A DNA stretch of 64,000 nucleotides from Prolixibacteraceae bacterium. Lineage in GTDB: Bacteria; Bacteroidota; Bacteroidia; Bacteroidales; Prolixibacteraceae. This document shows, one piece after another, positions 1 to 9,254 of this stretch. Under the pieces are notes generated by a model that did not search any database, had not been told where the DNA came from, and worked only from the letters and a program-made list of their open reading frames with translations. Numbering within the stretch: position 1 is the stretch's first letter; each line of letters starts with the position of its first letter. The stretch spans positions 6,114 through 70,113 of the forward strand of contig DAOQAB010000005.1 in assembly GCA_035353695.1 (NCBI GenBank), in the 5' to 3' direction. The position numbers and the translations under genes are program-made.

Positions 1-62
1 CTGAGCCTTTTCAACGACTCGCGGCGAATAACTTCCTGCTCGCTTAATTCACGGATGCTCAT
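1..62 (-). CDS. lysS: lysine--tRNA ligase, N-terminal 20 codons only (gene continues off the left edge)
   Basis: The reverse complement reads ATG..., giving MSIRELSEQEVIRRESLKRL. This matches the conserved N-terminus of Bacteroidota LysS (M..LELSEQE.IRR.SL..L). Only 20 aa are visible. Confidence 0.6.
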   Translation of the reverse strand, partial: MSIRELSEQEVIRRESLKRL

Positions 63-88
63 GATACTTGGTTTTTAAAAAATTTGTG

Positions 89-96
89 CAAAGATA
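89..96 (-). promoter_or_regulatory. candidate Bacteroidota -7 box (TAtcTTTG) for lysS
   Basis: The plus strand reads caaagata, which is TATCTTTG on the minus strand. It lies 26 nt upstream of the lysS ATG and matches the TAnnTTTG consensus. Confidence 0.35.
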
Positions 97-378
97 AAAA
101 GAAAACGCGATCTGCAGTTGCCCTGAACCTCTCCCAATCTATTTTATATTGGATACGAAATGTCTGAAGTGCGTGAAAAGACGGGTTGCATATTTAAACT
201 TCAATGTATTTCCTTTTCGGTAAACAGCTTCTGTTTTTCTAAATAACGAAGATAGTTGTTTGAGGAATAGCTTCTTGAAAATGGAACTTAAAAAAGTTAC
301 ATAAGCTTATTTAAAATGTTTTTAGTTGAGGTGGTTTTCTTATCTTTGATGCAACGTGGCGTAGTGTATTCAATTGAT

Positions 379-2097
379 ATGACGGAAAAGGTTTGGAACT
401 ATAAAAAATCAGGAGACATAAATGATGTAAAGCACTTGTCGGCAGAATTGAATGTTGAGATGACTGTTGCCAATTTGTTGGTGCAGCGTGATATACGGAC
501 TTATGATGAGGCGAAGGCTTTTTTCCGTCCCCGGTTGTCCGATTTGCACGATCCTTTTCTGATGAAAGATATGGATAAAGCAGTTGCTCGTCTCAGGCAG
601 GCTATCGAGCGGCAGGAAAAGGTGCTGATTTATGGCGATTACGATGTGGACGGAACAACATCGGTGGCTCTGATGTACCTGTTCCTGAAAGATAAGATTA
701 AAAATATCCATTTCTATATCCCCGACCGTTATTCCGAAGGATATGGAATTTCTCCCAAATCGGTTGAATATGCGGCCAATAATAATTTTTCGCTGGTGAT
801 CGTTCTCGATTGTGGTATCAAGGCCATTGAGAAAATTGCTTACGCTCGCACCCGCCATGTCGATTTCATTATTTGCGACCACCACAATCCGGGAGATCGG
901 TTGCCCGATGCGTATGCGGTGCTTGATCCCAAACGGCCCGATTGTAATTATCCCTACAAAGAGTTGTCGGGATGTGGCGTTGGTTTCAAGTTCCTTCTGG
1001 CCTACTGCACCCGGTTTAATGAACCCGTTGAGCTTCTGCACGAACTGCTCGATCTGGTTGTTGTAAGCATTGCTTCCGATATTGTTCCTTTAACCGGAGA
1101 AAACAGGGTGCTGGCCTATTTCGGGCTGATAAAACTGAACTCCAAACCTTCTGTTGGGCTTAAAACGCTGATTGAGATTTCGGGAATAAGCGATACCGAA
1201 ATAACCATTAATGATATTGTATTTAAAATTGGCCCAAGGCTAAATGCCGCAGGAAGAATTGAGCATGGAAAAAAATCGGTTGAATTGCTGGTTTCGACTA
1301 ATCAGGAGGAGGCATTGCAAAAATGCAACGAGATCAATTCGTTTAACGAAATCAGAAAGTCACTCGACCGGGACATAACCCAGGAAGCGCTGGATATGAT
1401 TACCCGGGATGAAAAGCTGGTCAACCGGAAATCGACTGTCCTTTATAACCGCGATTGGCATAAAGGGGTTGTAGGTATTGTGGCTTCCAGGTTGATTGAT
1501 TCGTTTTACCGACCTACGGTGATTCTTACCGAATCGAACGGAATGGCTACCGGATCGGCCCGATCGGTGAAGGATTTTGACCTTTATGAAGCCATCGATT
1601 ATTGTAGCGATCTGCTTGAATCGTATGGAGGACACATGTTTGCGGCTGGCTTAACACTGAAGCTGGAAAATGTGAAGAAGTTCTCCGACCGATTTGAAGA
1701 ATTTGTCCAAAAAAATATTACCCAAAAACAACAGACACAAACCATTGAAGTTGACGCCAAACTGCAGCTTCCCGACATTACCCCCAAATTTGTGCGGCTA
1801 CTGAAACAGTTTGAACCGTATGGTCCCCACAACATGACGCCTGTTTTTGTGACGGAAGATGTAATCGATTCAGGTACCAGTCGTATTGTTGGCCCCAACG
1901 AAGACCATCTTAAACTCGATCTGGTTGAACCCAATGGTTCTTCTGTTAAATTTCCGGGGATTGCTTTCTCTCAGGCCGATAAATTTCCGCTCATTGAGTC
2001 GGGCTTGCCTTTCGATGTCTGTTATTCAATTATTGAAAACGAATTCCGGGGGCGTACATCGGTACAATTACTCGTCCGGGATATCCGGAGGCGATAA
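379..2097 (+). CDS. recJ: single-stranded-DNA-specific exonuclease RecJ
   Basis: DHH-family motifs are present: GDYDVDGTTS, LDCG, ICDHHNPG and GGHMFAAG (DHHA1). The track ORF opens at 316, but the ATG at 379 (MTEKVWNYKK) is the more plausible start. Confidence 0.9.
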   Translation: MTEKVWNYKKSGDINDVKHLSAELNVEMTVANLLVQRDIRTYDEAKAFFRPRLSDLHDPFLMKDMDKAVARLRQAIERQEKVLIYGDYDVDGTTSVALMYLFLKDKIKNIHFYIPDRYSEGYGISPKSVEYAANNNFSLVIVLDCGIKAIEKIAYARTRHVDFIICDHHNPGDRLPDAYAVLDPKRPDCNYPYKELSGCGVGFKFLLAYCTRFNEPVELLHELLDLVVVSIASDIVPLTGENRVLAYFGLIKLNSKPSVGLKTLIEISGISDTEITINDIVFKIGPRLNAAGRIEHGKKSVELLVSTNQEEALQKCNEINSFNEIRKSLDRDITQEALDMITRDEKLVNRKSTVLYNRDWHKGVVGIVASRLIDSFYRPTVILTESNGMATGSARSVKDFDLYEAIDYCSDLLESYGGHMFAAGLTLKLENVKKFSDRFEEFVQKNITQKQQTQTIEVDAKLQLPDITPKFVRLLKQFEPYGPHNMTPVFVTEDVIDSGTSRIVGPNEDHLKLDLVEPNGSSVKFPGIAFSQADKFPLIESGLPFDVCYSIIENEFRGRTSVQLLVRDIRRR

Positions 2098-2175
2098 TGA
2101 AAAAAGGGAAGATCAAAAGACCTCCCCTATATTTTTAAAAGTTTTCCCTTCTGGCGATAGCTGTTTCAACGCTTT

Positions 2176-2739
2176 TTACTCTACCTTGACATATATAGGT
2201 GTTGTACGGACGTTCATATTGACGTCGACAACGGTTAATTCCAGTTTGTGATAGGATTGGGTAATCTTCATCAATGAGCCATCGTTAAAATAGTAGTTCT
2301 CAAGCCAGGGTGTCGCGATCGCATTTTCGGGAACTTCAACCTGGGCCGTGAATGTATAACTTGACGGGTTTAGCGGAATGTCCCCCTCGGGATTTGCAAA
2401 GTTGATGTATTTGGAAAACAGCCAGCTGGAATAACTGAGCTCGGCCGTTTTTAATCCAACGTTATCGCTGATTTCAACACTGATTTCGATTGTCACACCT
2501 GCCTTCACGGTGATGGTCGGTAGTACAACTGTTTCCAGATTGATTTGAGGAACAACACCCCAAAGAAGCAAATTCACTATGCTATCGTTGACTATTACCT
2601 TTTGCCCGTTCGATGAAAGGGTCAGCGATTTGCACTCAGGTACCTGGTGGTCGAGTTTGTTACTCAGGTCTTCAGCCGATTCGCAGGCAACCAACCCAAA
2701 GAACAAGATGATCAGGATGCTATTGATTATTTTATTCAT
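2176..2739 (-). CDS. small surface lipoprotein downstream of susD (SusE/F-position candidate glycan-binding protein)
   Basis: It has a lipoprotein signal (MNKIINSILIILFFGLVAC). The rest is beta-rich, and it is the last gene of the susC/susD string. Confidence 0.7.
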   Translation of the reverse strand: MNKIINSILIILFFGLVACESAEDLSNKLDHQVPECKSLTLSSNGQKVIVNDSIVNLLLWGVVPQINLETVVLPTITVKAGVTIEISVEISDNVGLKTAELSYSSWLFSKYINFANPEGDIPLNPSSYTFTAQVEVPENAIATPWLENYYFNDGSLMKITQSYHKLELTVVDVNMNVRTTPIYVKVE

Positions 2740-2771
2740 TGTATTCGTTTTTAGCTGTCAATTAATCTGTT

Positions 2772-4460
2772 TTATTCCCAACCCGGGTTTTGGGCAATTG
2801 TTTTGCCTGCATTCCGCAATTTTAATATTTCGGTGCGAGGAATCGGGTACCAATACATTTTTGAGTCAAAAGTTCGGGTGTCGGCTTCGAAAGTAGAATA
2901 GGTATAATTGCCATTTTCGTCTAACGTAACCCTCATCCCATTGACGGGCTTATTCAGTGCCGTTTCGGCGTCTTTCCAGCGGCGTAAATCCCAGATACGA
3001 TGTTCTTCAAATGCCAGTTCCAGCCTTCTTTCGAGTTTAATATAGGCTCTCATTTCATCCTGGTTTTTCAGCAGGGTTTTATCCGATGAGTCGAAAGTAC
3101 GCAGGTTGGCGCGGTTTCTTAGTTCATCGAGCGCTTTGCTTATTTCTGAGAAGTATGTGGTATTATCATACTCGTTGAGCGCTTCGGCATAATTAAGAAG
3201 AATTTCGGCATAGCGCATAAAGACCCAAGCCCGCTGGCTGGTATTGCCTTTTGCCAGATCGAGCGATTGATCGATGAATTTACTCATGTAATAGCCGGTT
3301 TTTGTGGCTGTTGGCGATGAGAATAATCCGTCCTTACCACCTACGTAGCAGGCAACAATGGTGTCTTTTAGTTTGCTTCCGTTATAAAAAACCGTGTATT
3401 TCAATCGATCTTCCCTCTTTTTAGAATTGCTGAGAGAATATGGATCGCTGGAATTGTAGTCGTTGTACCGATTTTTATAGGTTTTTGCAGCCATACCGAA
3501 AGCGTTGACCAAATCTTCGGTTGGATTCATGTAACCGGAACCTTCATAGCTGATCGGGTAATTGTATTTCTCGATGTCGTTTCGGTTGGTTGCCCCTGTG
3601 GCAAAAATGATTTCGCTGTTATAAATTGAAGTGAAAATAGATGAAAGCGATGTTAACGAATATTTCTTCGAATCGATAATCACTTTAGCTGCATTTGCTG
3701 CGCGCAACCATTTCGATTTGTCATTATCCGGATTGTTTATCGGACTGGCCGCATAGAGCAACACTCTGGATTTAAACGCCAGTGGTGTCCATTTAATTGG
3801 GCGCCCCTTGTAGCTGTCGTCGGGATAGGAAGCTGGCATTAATACAGCTGACGAATCGAGGTCAGCCACCATTTTTTCCACCGCTTCGTCGAACGTCAAT
3901 TGCTCTTCGGCAAAGACTTCCTCGTCGTTGAGAGGATCGATAACTGAAGTTACGTAGAAAATGTTCTGATAACGTTTCAGTAGTTCGAAGTGGAAGAACG
4001 CACGCAGAAACAATGCCTGTCCTTTGTAATAATTCCGGACTTCGACCCCATCCTCATTTTCTGGGATACTGTTCGAAAGGGTAATCAGACCATCGGGCTG
4101 CAGCTCTTTCAGGAAAATATTGCATTTGCGGATGCCACGGTACATATCCTCCCAGACATCGTCGGGGTTGTTGGTCGAGTTGATGGCATTCTTGTTGAAT
4201 AAATTAATCGAAGCCCCAGCGTCGGAGCATACGGCTTCGTCACAGGCAGCCGCCAGCATGGCACCCTCAAAACGAGAATACCCATCGGGCAGGTTGTTGT
4301 AAGCATTATTCAGAAATCCAGGTGCATAATGTGCGTCGGTAAATATCTCCTTATAGGTTAATTGTGTGTCAACTTCAGGATCCTTATCCAAATAATCGGC
4401 ACACGATTGTGTCATAAGAATCACCGCTGCTATTCCAATTATATTTTTAATATTCCTCAT
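2772..4460 (-). CDS. SusD/RagB family nutrient-binding outer-membrane lipoprotein
   Basis: Lipobox ...MTQSCADYLDKDPE and a C-terminal block LELAFEEHRIWDLRRW...YWYPIP, both typical of SusD. It lies 11 nt downstream of a susC-like gene. Confidence 0.9.
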   Translation of the reverse strand: MRNIKNIIGIAAVILMTQSCADYLDKDPEVDTQLTYKEIFTDAHYAPGFLNNAYNNLPDGYSRFEGAMLAAACDEAVCSDAGASINLFNKNAINSTNNPDDVWEDMYRGIRKCNIFLKELQPDGLITLSNSIPENEDGVEVRNYYKGQALFLRAFFHFELLKRYQNIFYVTSVIDPLNDEEVFAEEQLTFDEAVEKMVADLDSSAVLMPASYPDDSYKGRPIKWTPLAFKSRVLLYAASPINNPDNDKSKWLRAANAAKVIIDSKKYSLTSLSSIFTSIYNSEIIFATGATNRNDIEKYNYPISYEGSGYMNPTEDLVNAFGMAAKTYKNRYNDYNSSDPYSLSNSKKREDRLKYTVFYNGSKLKDTIVACYVGGKDGLFSSPTATKTGYYMSKFIDQSLDLAKGNTSQRAWVFMRYAEILLNYAEALNEYDNTTYFSEISKALDELRNRANLRTFDSSDKTLLKNQDEMRAYIKLERRLELAFEEHRIWDLRRWKDAETALNKPVNGMRVTLDENGNYTYSTFEADTRTFDSKMYWYPIPRTEILKLRNAGKTIAQNPGWE

Positions 4461-4471
4461 ATTCGTTCCGT

Positions 4472-7400
4472 TTAAAAGTTTAAGCTAACACCCATGGACG
4501 TTACTTTGATTTCAGGGTACATTGTTACCCCGGCATTAGGCGCTTCGGCGCTCAGGTTGTATTTTTTCATCCTGTCGAATGAAAACAGGTTGTACCCGTT
4601 GATAAAAAACCGGGCCTCGGTAATGTTGGCCTTGCTGATGAGCCGCTTGGGGAGGCTGTAGCCAATTTCGAGGGTTTGAACTTTAACGTAGTTGCCACTC
4701 TTTAACCAAAGCGATGAGGCCTGATAGTTGTGGTTGTTCAACTGAGTCGTAAGTCGCGGATACAACGGATTGTTGCTGATACCCCACGAGTTATTTGCCA
4801 CTTCGTAGGTGATGTTGTTATTGTCCTGCATTCCCCAGAGGACATTGTTGCTCACAAACATACTGCGGTTGGCAATGCCGGTAACAAGAATGTTGAAATC
4901 GAAACCTTTAAATTCGCAACCCAGGTTTAACCCAAAGTTCCACTCGGGTACACTTGGTTTTCCAAGAGGGATCTGATCCTGTGAATCGATAATGTTGTCG
5001 CTGTTTTGATCAACATATTTTACATCGCCGGGCTGAACGGTTCCATAGGATGATTTTGCCCATCCGTCGATGTCGCTCTGGTCTTTAAAAAATTTGTCGT
5101 TGGCAACTTCCAGTCCCCATTGTTGCATAACAGCCCGGTTTGTTTTGTATTCCCACTGGTTTAGACCGGCTACTTCGTCCATTGCTGTTACCGTATTTTG
5201 TGCGTACGAAACGGTTCCTTTTATAAAATAGTTGAATTTGCCTGCCGAGTTACGGTGTACAGCCGTAAGTTCAAATCCCCTGGTTAATACCGAGCCATTA
5301 TTTTCGTATGGAAGATCCTGACCAATATAGGAGGGTAAGGTGTTCCAGCGTCCGGTAATAATTTGGTTCCGGTCGTTGCGGAAAATGTCGAGGTCGAGTT
5401 GCAGGGCTTTGTGAAGTTCAATTTCTACACCCAGATTGGCACACAGAGCCTCTTCCCATGTTATTGCTCCGTTTGGAATGCGCCCTTCGTACGAGCCGTC
5501 GGAGGTGGCCGTGCCAAAATAGTAGCCATTGCCTGAGTTAAACTTCTCTTCGTAAGGATAACGGTCGCTGATGCCAATATTGGAGTTGCCTGTTTTGCCA
5601 AATGAACCGCGTAGTTTCAAGTAACTAATTACGTCGTTGTCGGCCCAAAAATCTTCTTTTGAGACGACCCATGCACCTGAGATTGTGGGAAAGAAACCAA
5701 AACGATTACCCTTGACGAAATTTTCGGAACCATTGTAGGCAAAACCCAATTCAGTCGTATATTTCCCGTTGTGAGAATAGGTGGCACGGCCAAAAATTCC
5801 CTGATTGCGGTAGTCGGGGTTGTCGCCCACCACGGATTCACTCGACTGCATGTATTTTATGTCGGCTGCAATATGGTCAACACCAAAGGTGCGGTTGTAC
5901 GAGAAGCCGAACAGGTAGTTCATCATCAGATCAAACGTGTCGTCCCATCCCGAGAAAGTCAGGTCAATGCTTGAGCTTTCGCCGTATTGGGTATAGCTGC
6001 CATCCAGGTTTTGCTGATAACGGGCGAAGCTCTGATTTTTTGAACGTCCGTATTGTTTTGATACGTCGAAACCAAACAGTGCATTGGCGGAAAGGCCTTT
6101 CAGTATCTTGTCGAGTTTCCAGTCCAAGGTTGCTGTGCCTTCAACGTAACGGGCAAAGCGATCCTGAAAACCGGTTTTTGCAATCAAGCCATACGCATTG
6201 GTGTAAATTGAAGTCCCCGCAATGGAGCTGTCGGCATTGAAAATTGGCATGGTTGCCGGGTTTTTCGATAGACTTGAGATAATGGAGCTGGCGCCACTGT
6301 TGGGAATGTGACGATTCTCGACACGGCCACCCAGGTTTACCCCAATCTTAATATTGTCGGTCAAATTTACATCGATCGATGAACGGAAATTGTACCGCGA
6401 GAATTTGTTTTGTGTAGAGAAACCGGCATTCTCTTCGGTATATTTATAAAGACCTTCCTGCTCCATTACACCTAACAGGATGTAATATTGTGCCACTTCG
6501 GTACCTCCACGGAACGATAACTTATACGATTGCTGCGGAGCGTATGATTTCAGGAATGAGTTGTACCAATCGGTATTGGCATACAAATAAGGATTGCTGC
6601 CGTCATAATTGTCCGGATTGTTCTTTGGATTGGAAAGGAAGAGCTCATTAAACTCGTTGTCGCTCAATTTACTGTAATCGTTCCTTAACGCAATATTCTT
6701 ATAGTGAACGTAATCGGCTGCTTCGACATATTCGGGCAACCTTGCTGACGATTGAAGTCCATACTGGGCTGTCAACGAAATAACAGGTTTCCCAACGTAA
6801 CCTTTTTTGGTTGTAACCAGAATTACCCCGTTTCCTCCGCGCATACCATACATGGCGGTTGCCGCTGCGTCTTTCAATATGGTAAACGATTCGATTTCTT
6901 CGGGATCGAGCTGGGTAAAATCGCGTTCAACATTATCAACAAATACCAGAGGGGTGTATCCTCCGCCAAAAGTTTGGGTCCCGCGGATATAAATGGACGG
7001 TGAATCCCAGCCTGGTTCAGCGCCGGTTGTATGTAAAACGGTTAATCCGGAACCGTATCCCTGAACTGCGTTGCCCAATGTTGAAACCGGTACTTTTTCC
7101 AGATCAGAAGATAAGACGGCAGAAATTGAAGAGGTTAATTCAGAACGGTTGCGGGTTCCGTAAGCCACCTGAAATTCTTGTTCTTCCTTCTCTTTTTGCA
7201 ATTGAATTTGAACCGGTATGCCCTTTGCAGGAGTGAGCGTTTGTTGCTTGTAACCGAATTTGCTGAAAAGAATGGTTTTGTTGGCTTCGATAATCATTTT
7301 GAACTCACCGGTTTTGTCGGTTTGCACCTGGGTGAATTCATCTAAAACGGAAACGATAACCTTTTCAACAGGATTTCCGGCAGTATCGGTTACTTTACCG

Positions 7401-7498
7401 GTGACGGTATAAGTTTCCTGAGCGAACGAAATTCCTTTTATCAGAACCAGAAACGCCAGGATAAGCATTATCGATTTTATGTTGTTGTTTTTCATCAT
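4472..7498 (-). CDS. SusC/RagA family TonB-dependent outer-membrane transporter
   Basis: About 1000 aa, with a signal peptide, a carboxypeptidase-regulatory-like N-domain (YTVTGKVTDTAGNPVEKVIVSV) and a plug motif (GGNGVILVTTKKG). The barrel ends in ...MGVSLNF. The track start at 7504 is a TTG; ATGs occur at 7498 and 7495. Confidence 0.9.
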   Translation of the reverse strand: MMKNNNIKSIMLILAFLVLIKGISFAQETYTVTGKVTDTAGNPVEKVIVSVLDEFTQVQTDKTGEFKMIIEANKTILFSKFGYKQQTLTPAKGIPVQIQLQKEKEEQEFQVAYGTRNRSELTSSISAVLSSDLEKVPVSTLGNAVQGYGSGLTVLHTTGAEPGWDSPSIYIRGTQTFGGGYTPLVFVDNVERDFTQLDPEEIESFTILKDAAATAMYGMRGGNGVILVTTKKGYVGKPVISLTAQYGLQSSARLPEYVEAADYVHYKNIALRNDYSKLSDNEFNELFLSNPKNNPDNYDGSNPYLYANTDWYNSFLKSYAPQQSYKLSFRGGTEVAQYYILLGVMEQEGLYKYTEENAGFSTQNKFSRYNFRSSIDVNLTDNIKIGVNLGGRVENRHIPNSGASSIISSLSKNPATMPIFNADSSIAGTSIYTNAYGLIAKTGFQDRFARYVEGTATLDWKLDKILKGLSANALFGFDVSKQYGRSKNQSFARYQQNLDGSYTQYGESSSIDLTFSGWDDTFDLMMNYLFGFSYNRTFGVDHIAADIKYMQSSESVVGDNPDYRNQGIFGRATYSHNGKYTTELGFAYNGSENFVKGNRFGFFPTISGAWVVSKEDFWADNDVISYLKLRGSFGKTGNSNIGISDRYPYEEKFNSGNGYYFGTATSDGSYEGRIPNGAITWEEALCANLGVEIELHKALQLDLDIFRNDRNQIITGRWNTLPSYIGQDLPYENNGSVLTRGFELTAVHRNSAGKFNYFIKGTVSYAQNTVTAMDEVAGLNQWEYKTNRAVMQQWGLEVANDKFFKDQSDIDGWAKSSYGTVQPGDVKYVDQNSDNIIDSQDQIPLGKPSVPEWNFGLNLGCEFKGFDFNILVTGIANRSMFVSNNVLWGMQDNNNITYEVANNSWGISNNPLYPRLTTQLNNHNYQASSLWLKSGNYVKVQTLEIGYSLPKRLISKANITEARFFINGYNLFSFDRMKKYNLSAEAPNAGVTMYPEIKVTSMGVSLNF

Positions 7499-7527
7499 TC
7501 TCAATTTTCGCGAATTGCTTAATCGTT

Positions 7528-9243
7528 TTAATAACCCGGATTTTGAACTAACAGGGTGTTCTTATACATTTCGGCAAGCGGAATCTGGTATAAGTTGTTG
7601 TTCGGTTGGAAAATACGGGTGTAATAGGACTCGCGGCTATAGGTAACCTTCGAGCCGTTCGATGTAATGACCATGCGTTCCATTGGCCTGCCAAACCACT
7701 TGGTTGCCAGTTCACCTTCGTCGCCGGTGCTCCAGCGCCGGGCATCCCACCAACGGTGTTCTTCGAAGCAAAGCTCAATGGCTCGTTCGTTTTGGATACG
7801 TTCGCGCATCGATTTTTTATCGGTTGTTAAAGCTTCCGGCAGGTTCACAACTCCCGAACGGGCACGTACCGTATTTACGGCATCGCGTACACGCTGGGTT
7901 GGGCCTTCTGCTTCGTTCATTGCTTCGGCGTAATTCAGATACATTTCGGCCAGACGGAAGTAAATCCAGTTATGGTATGCAGTGGTCGATGAATTCTTTT
8001 TTACCTCTTCGGGGACATATTTTCGGACAAAATATCCGGTTAGGAATGTTCCGGATGGGAATTGGGTTGACGTGGTGGCCATGTTCAATGTTGCACCCTG
8101 CCACTTGCTTCCCTGATAGAGGATTATTTTGTAGAAACGAGGATCCCGGTTTATATACGGATTGCTTTCGTCGTAGCCAGAACCTGCTTCGTTGATGTAT
8201 TTGCCGTTTGCCATTTCGAATAGATCGACAAAGTTTTGGGTTGGCTGAACGGCTCCATCGCCCCCGAATTCACCGCTGGGCATCCAAACTTTAATCTGGT
8301 CATCGTCGAAACCAACGGGCGCTTCGTGTTTATAGAAAATGATTTCTTTGTTGCCGTGTTCGCGCCGCTTGAAGAAAAGGTTTTCGTAATCGTCGGCTTT
8401 ATTCGTGGCGCCGGTCTGGTATAACTCGTAAACGAGGTTTCCATCATTATCGCGTAAGTCGATAACGGCTTTGGCCGCTTCGGCTGCTTTGAGCCACCAC
8501 GATTTGCCATCGTTTTCGTACCAGTTGTCGATGTCGCCATTCATTCCCCATATACCGGTTTGCTTGCTGAAAAGCGGACTCGCAGAAAACAGCAGAAGCC
8601 GAGCTTTCAGTGCCATTGCAGCGCCTTTGGTGGTACGTCCGTATTCGTTTGTATTTAATGTAACCGGTAATAGATCGATGGCTTTTTTCAGGTCATCCAT
8701 AATGAAGGCAAAACAGTCGCGATAGGTGTCGCGTGAGCGCATTAAGTCGTCTCCCGGGACCAGAAGGTCCTCTTCGGTGAGAATCGGCATACCGCCAAAC
8801 CGTTTGATAATTTCGGTGTAGAAAAATGCCCGCAGGAAAAATACCTCACCCACCATTTGGTTTTTTGTGCCCTCGTCGGGGAAAGGTATCCTTTCTACGT
8901 TCTTTAAAAAGAGATTGGCTTTACGGATCGCAGTATAATAATGCGAAATATTTGCGTCAAGGCCATCGTATGTTCCCATATTGAACCCTTTGGTTCCGTG
9001 ATATCCCATGTACGATTCTGATTCATCGGCTGCCGATGATAAGGGCACTGGCTGGTAACTGCCCAGTGCATTAAAACGGTTTTGTAACCCGCTGTATATG
9101 TCGGCCTGAAAAGCCTGTGCATTCACAAAATTGGTAAACACTTTCTCTTCGTCGAGATTTACATCCGGAGCACGATCAAGGAAGTCGTCACAAGCAACTA
9201 ACCCAAGTGCCAGAAAGATGATAATGTATTTGATATTCTTCAT
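7528..9243 (-). CDS. SusD/RagB family lipoprotein (second pair)
   Basis: Lipobox LGLVACDDFLDRAPD and the SusD C-terminal block IELCFEEHRWWDARRW...LYQIPL. Confidence 0.9.
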   Translation of the reverse strand: MKNIKYIIIFLALGLVACDDFLDRAPDVNLDEEKVFTNFVNAQAFQADIYSGLQNRFNALGSYQPVPLSSAADESESYMGYHGTKGFNMGTYDGLDANISHYYTAIRKANLFLKNVERIPFPDEGTKNQMVGEVFFLRAFFYTEIIKRFGGMPILTEEDLLVPGDDLMRSRDTYRDCFAFIMDDLKKAIDLLPVTLNTNEYGRTTKGAAMALKARLLLFSASPLFSKQTGIWGMNGDIDNWYENDGKSWWLKAAEAAKAVIDLRDNDGNLVYELYQTGATNKADDYENLFFKRREHGNKEIIFYKHEAPVGFDDDQIKVWMPSGEFGGDGAVQPTQNFVDLFEMANGKYINEAGSGYDESNPYINRDPRFYKIILYQGSKWQGATLNMATTSTQFPSGTFLTGYFVRKYVPEEVKKNSSTTAYHNWIYFRLAEMYLNYAEAMNEAEGPTQRVRDAVNTVRARSGVVNLPEALTTDKKSMRERIQNERAIELCFEEHRWWDARRWSTGDEGELATKWFGRPMERMVITSNGSKVTYSRESYYTRIFQPNNNLYQIPLAEMYKNTLLVQNPGY

Positions 9244-9254
9244 AGTAATCAGAA

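Noticed and set aside
316-378. N-terminal extensions of track ORFs (recJ 316, GH43 22973, GH30 24654, HTCS 24596, acyltransferase 30821, MutS-like 39791, susC 46965 and 7504, parE 51532).
   Set aside because: The extensions lack signal-peptide or family sequence. Several begin at TTG, and some overlap the upstream gene or promoter. Internal ATGs give canonical N-termini (signal peptides, lipoboxes, conserved starts).
409-1041. Long antisense or off-frame ORFs inside well-supported genes. Examples are 409-1041 in recJ, 38138-38626 in obg, 52216-52776 in parE, 55066-55695 and 55705-56382 in parC, 18882-19340 in GH2, and 24027-24500 in GH30.
   Set aside because: Each lies fully inside a gene whose other-strand product carries unambiguous family motifs. 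Their translations are low-complexity or Arg/Ser/Cys-rich with no recognisable motif. They are shadow ORFs.
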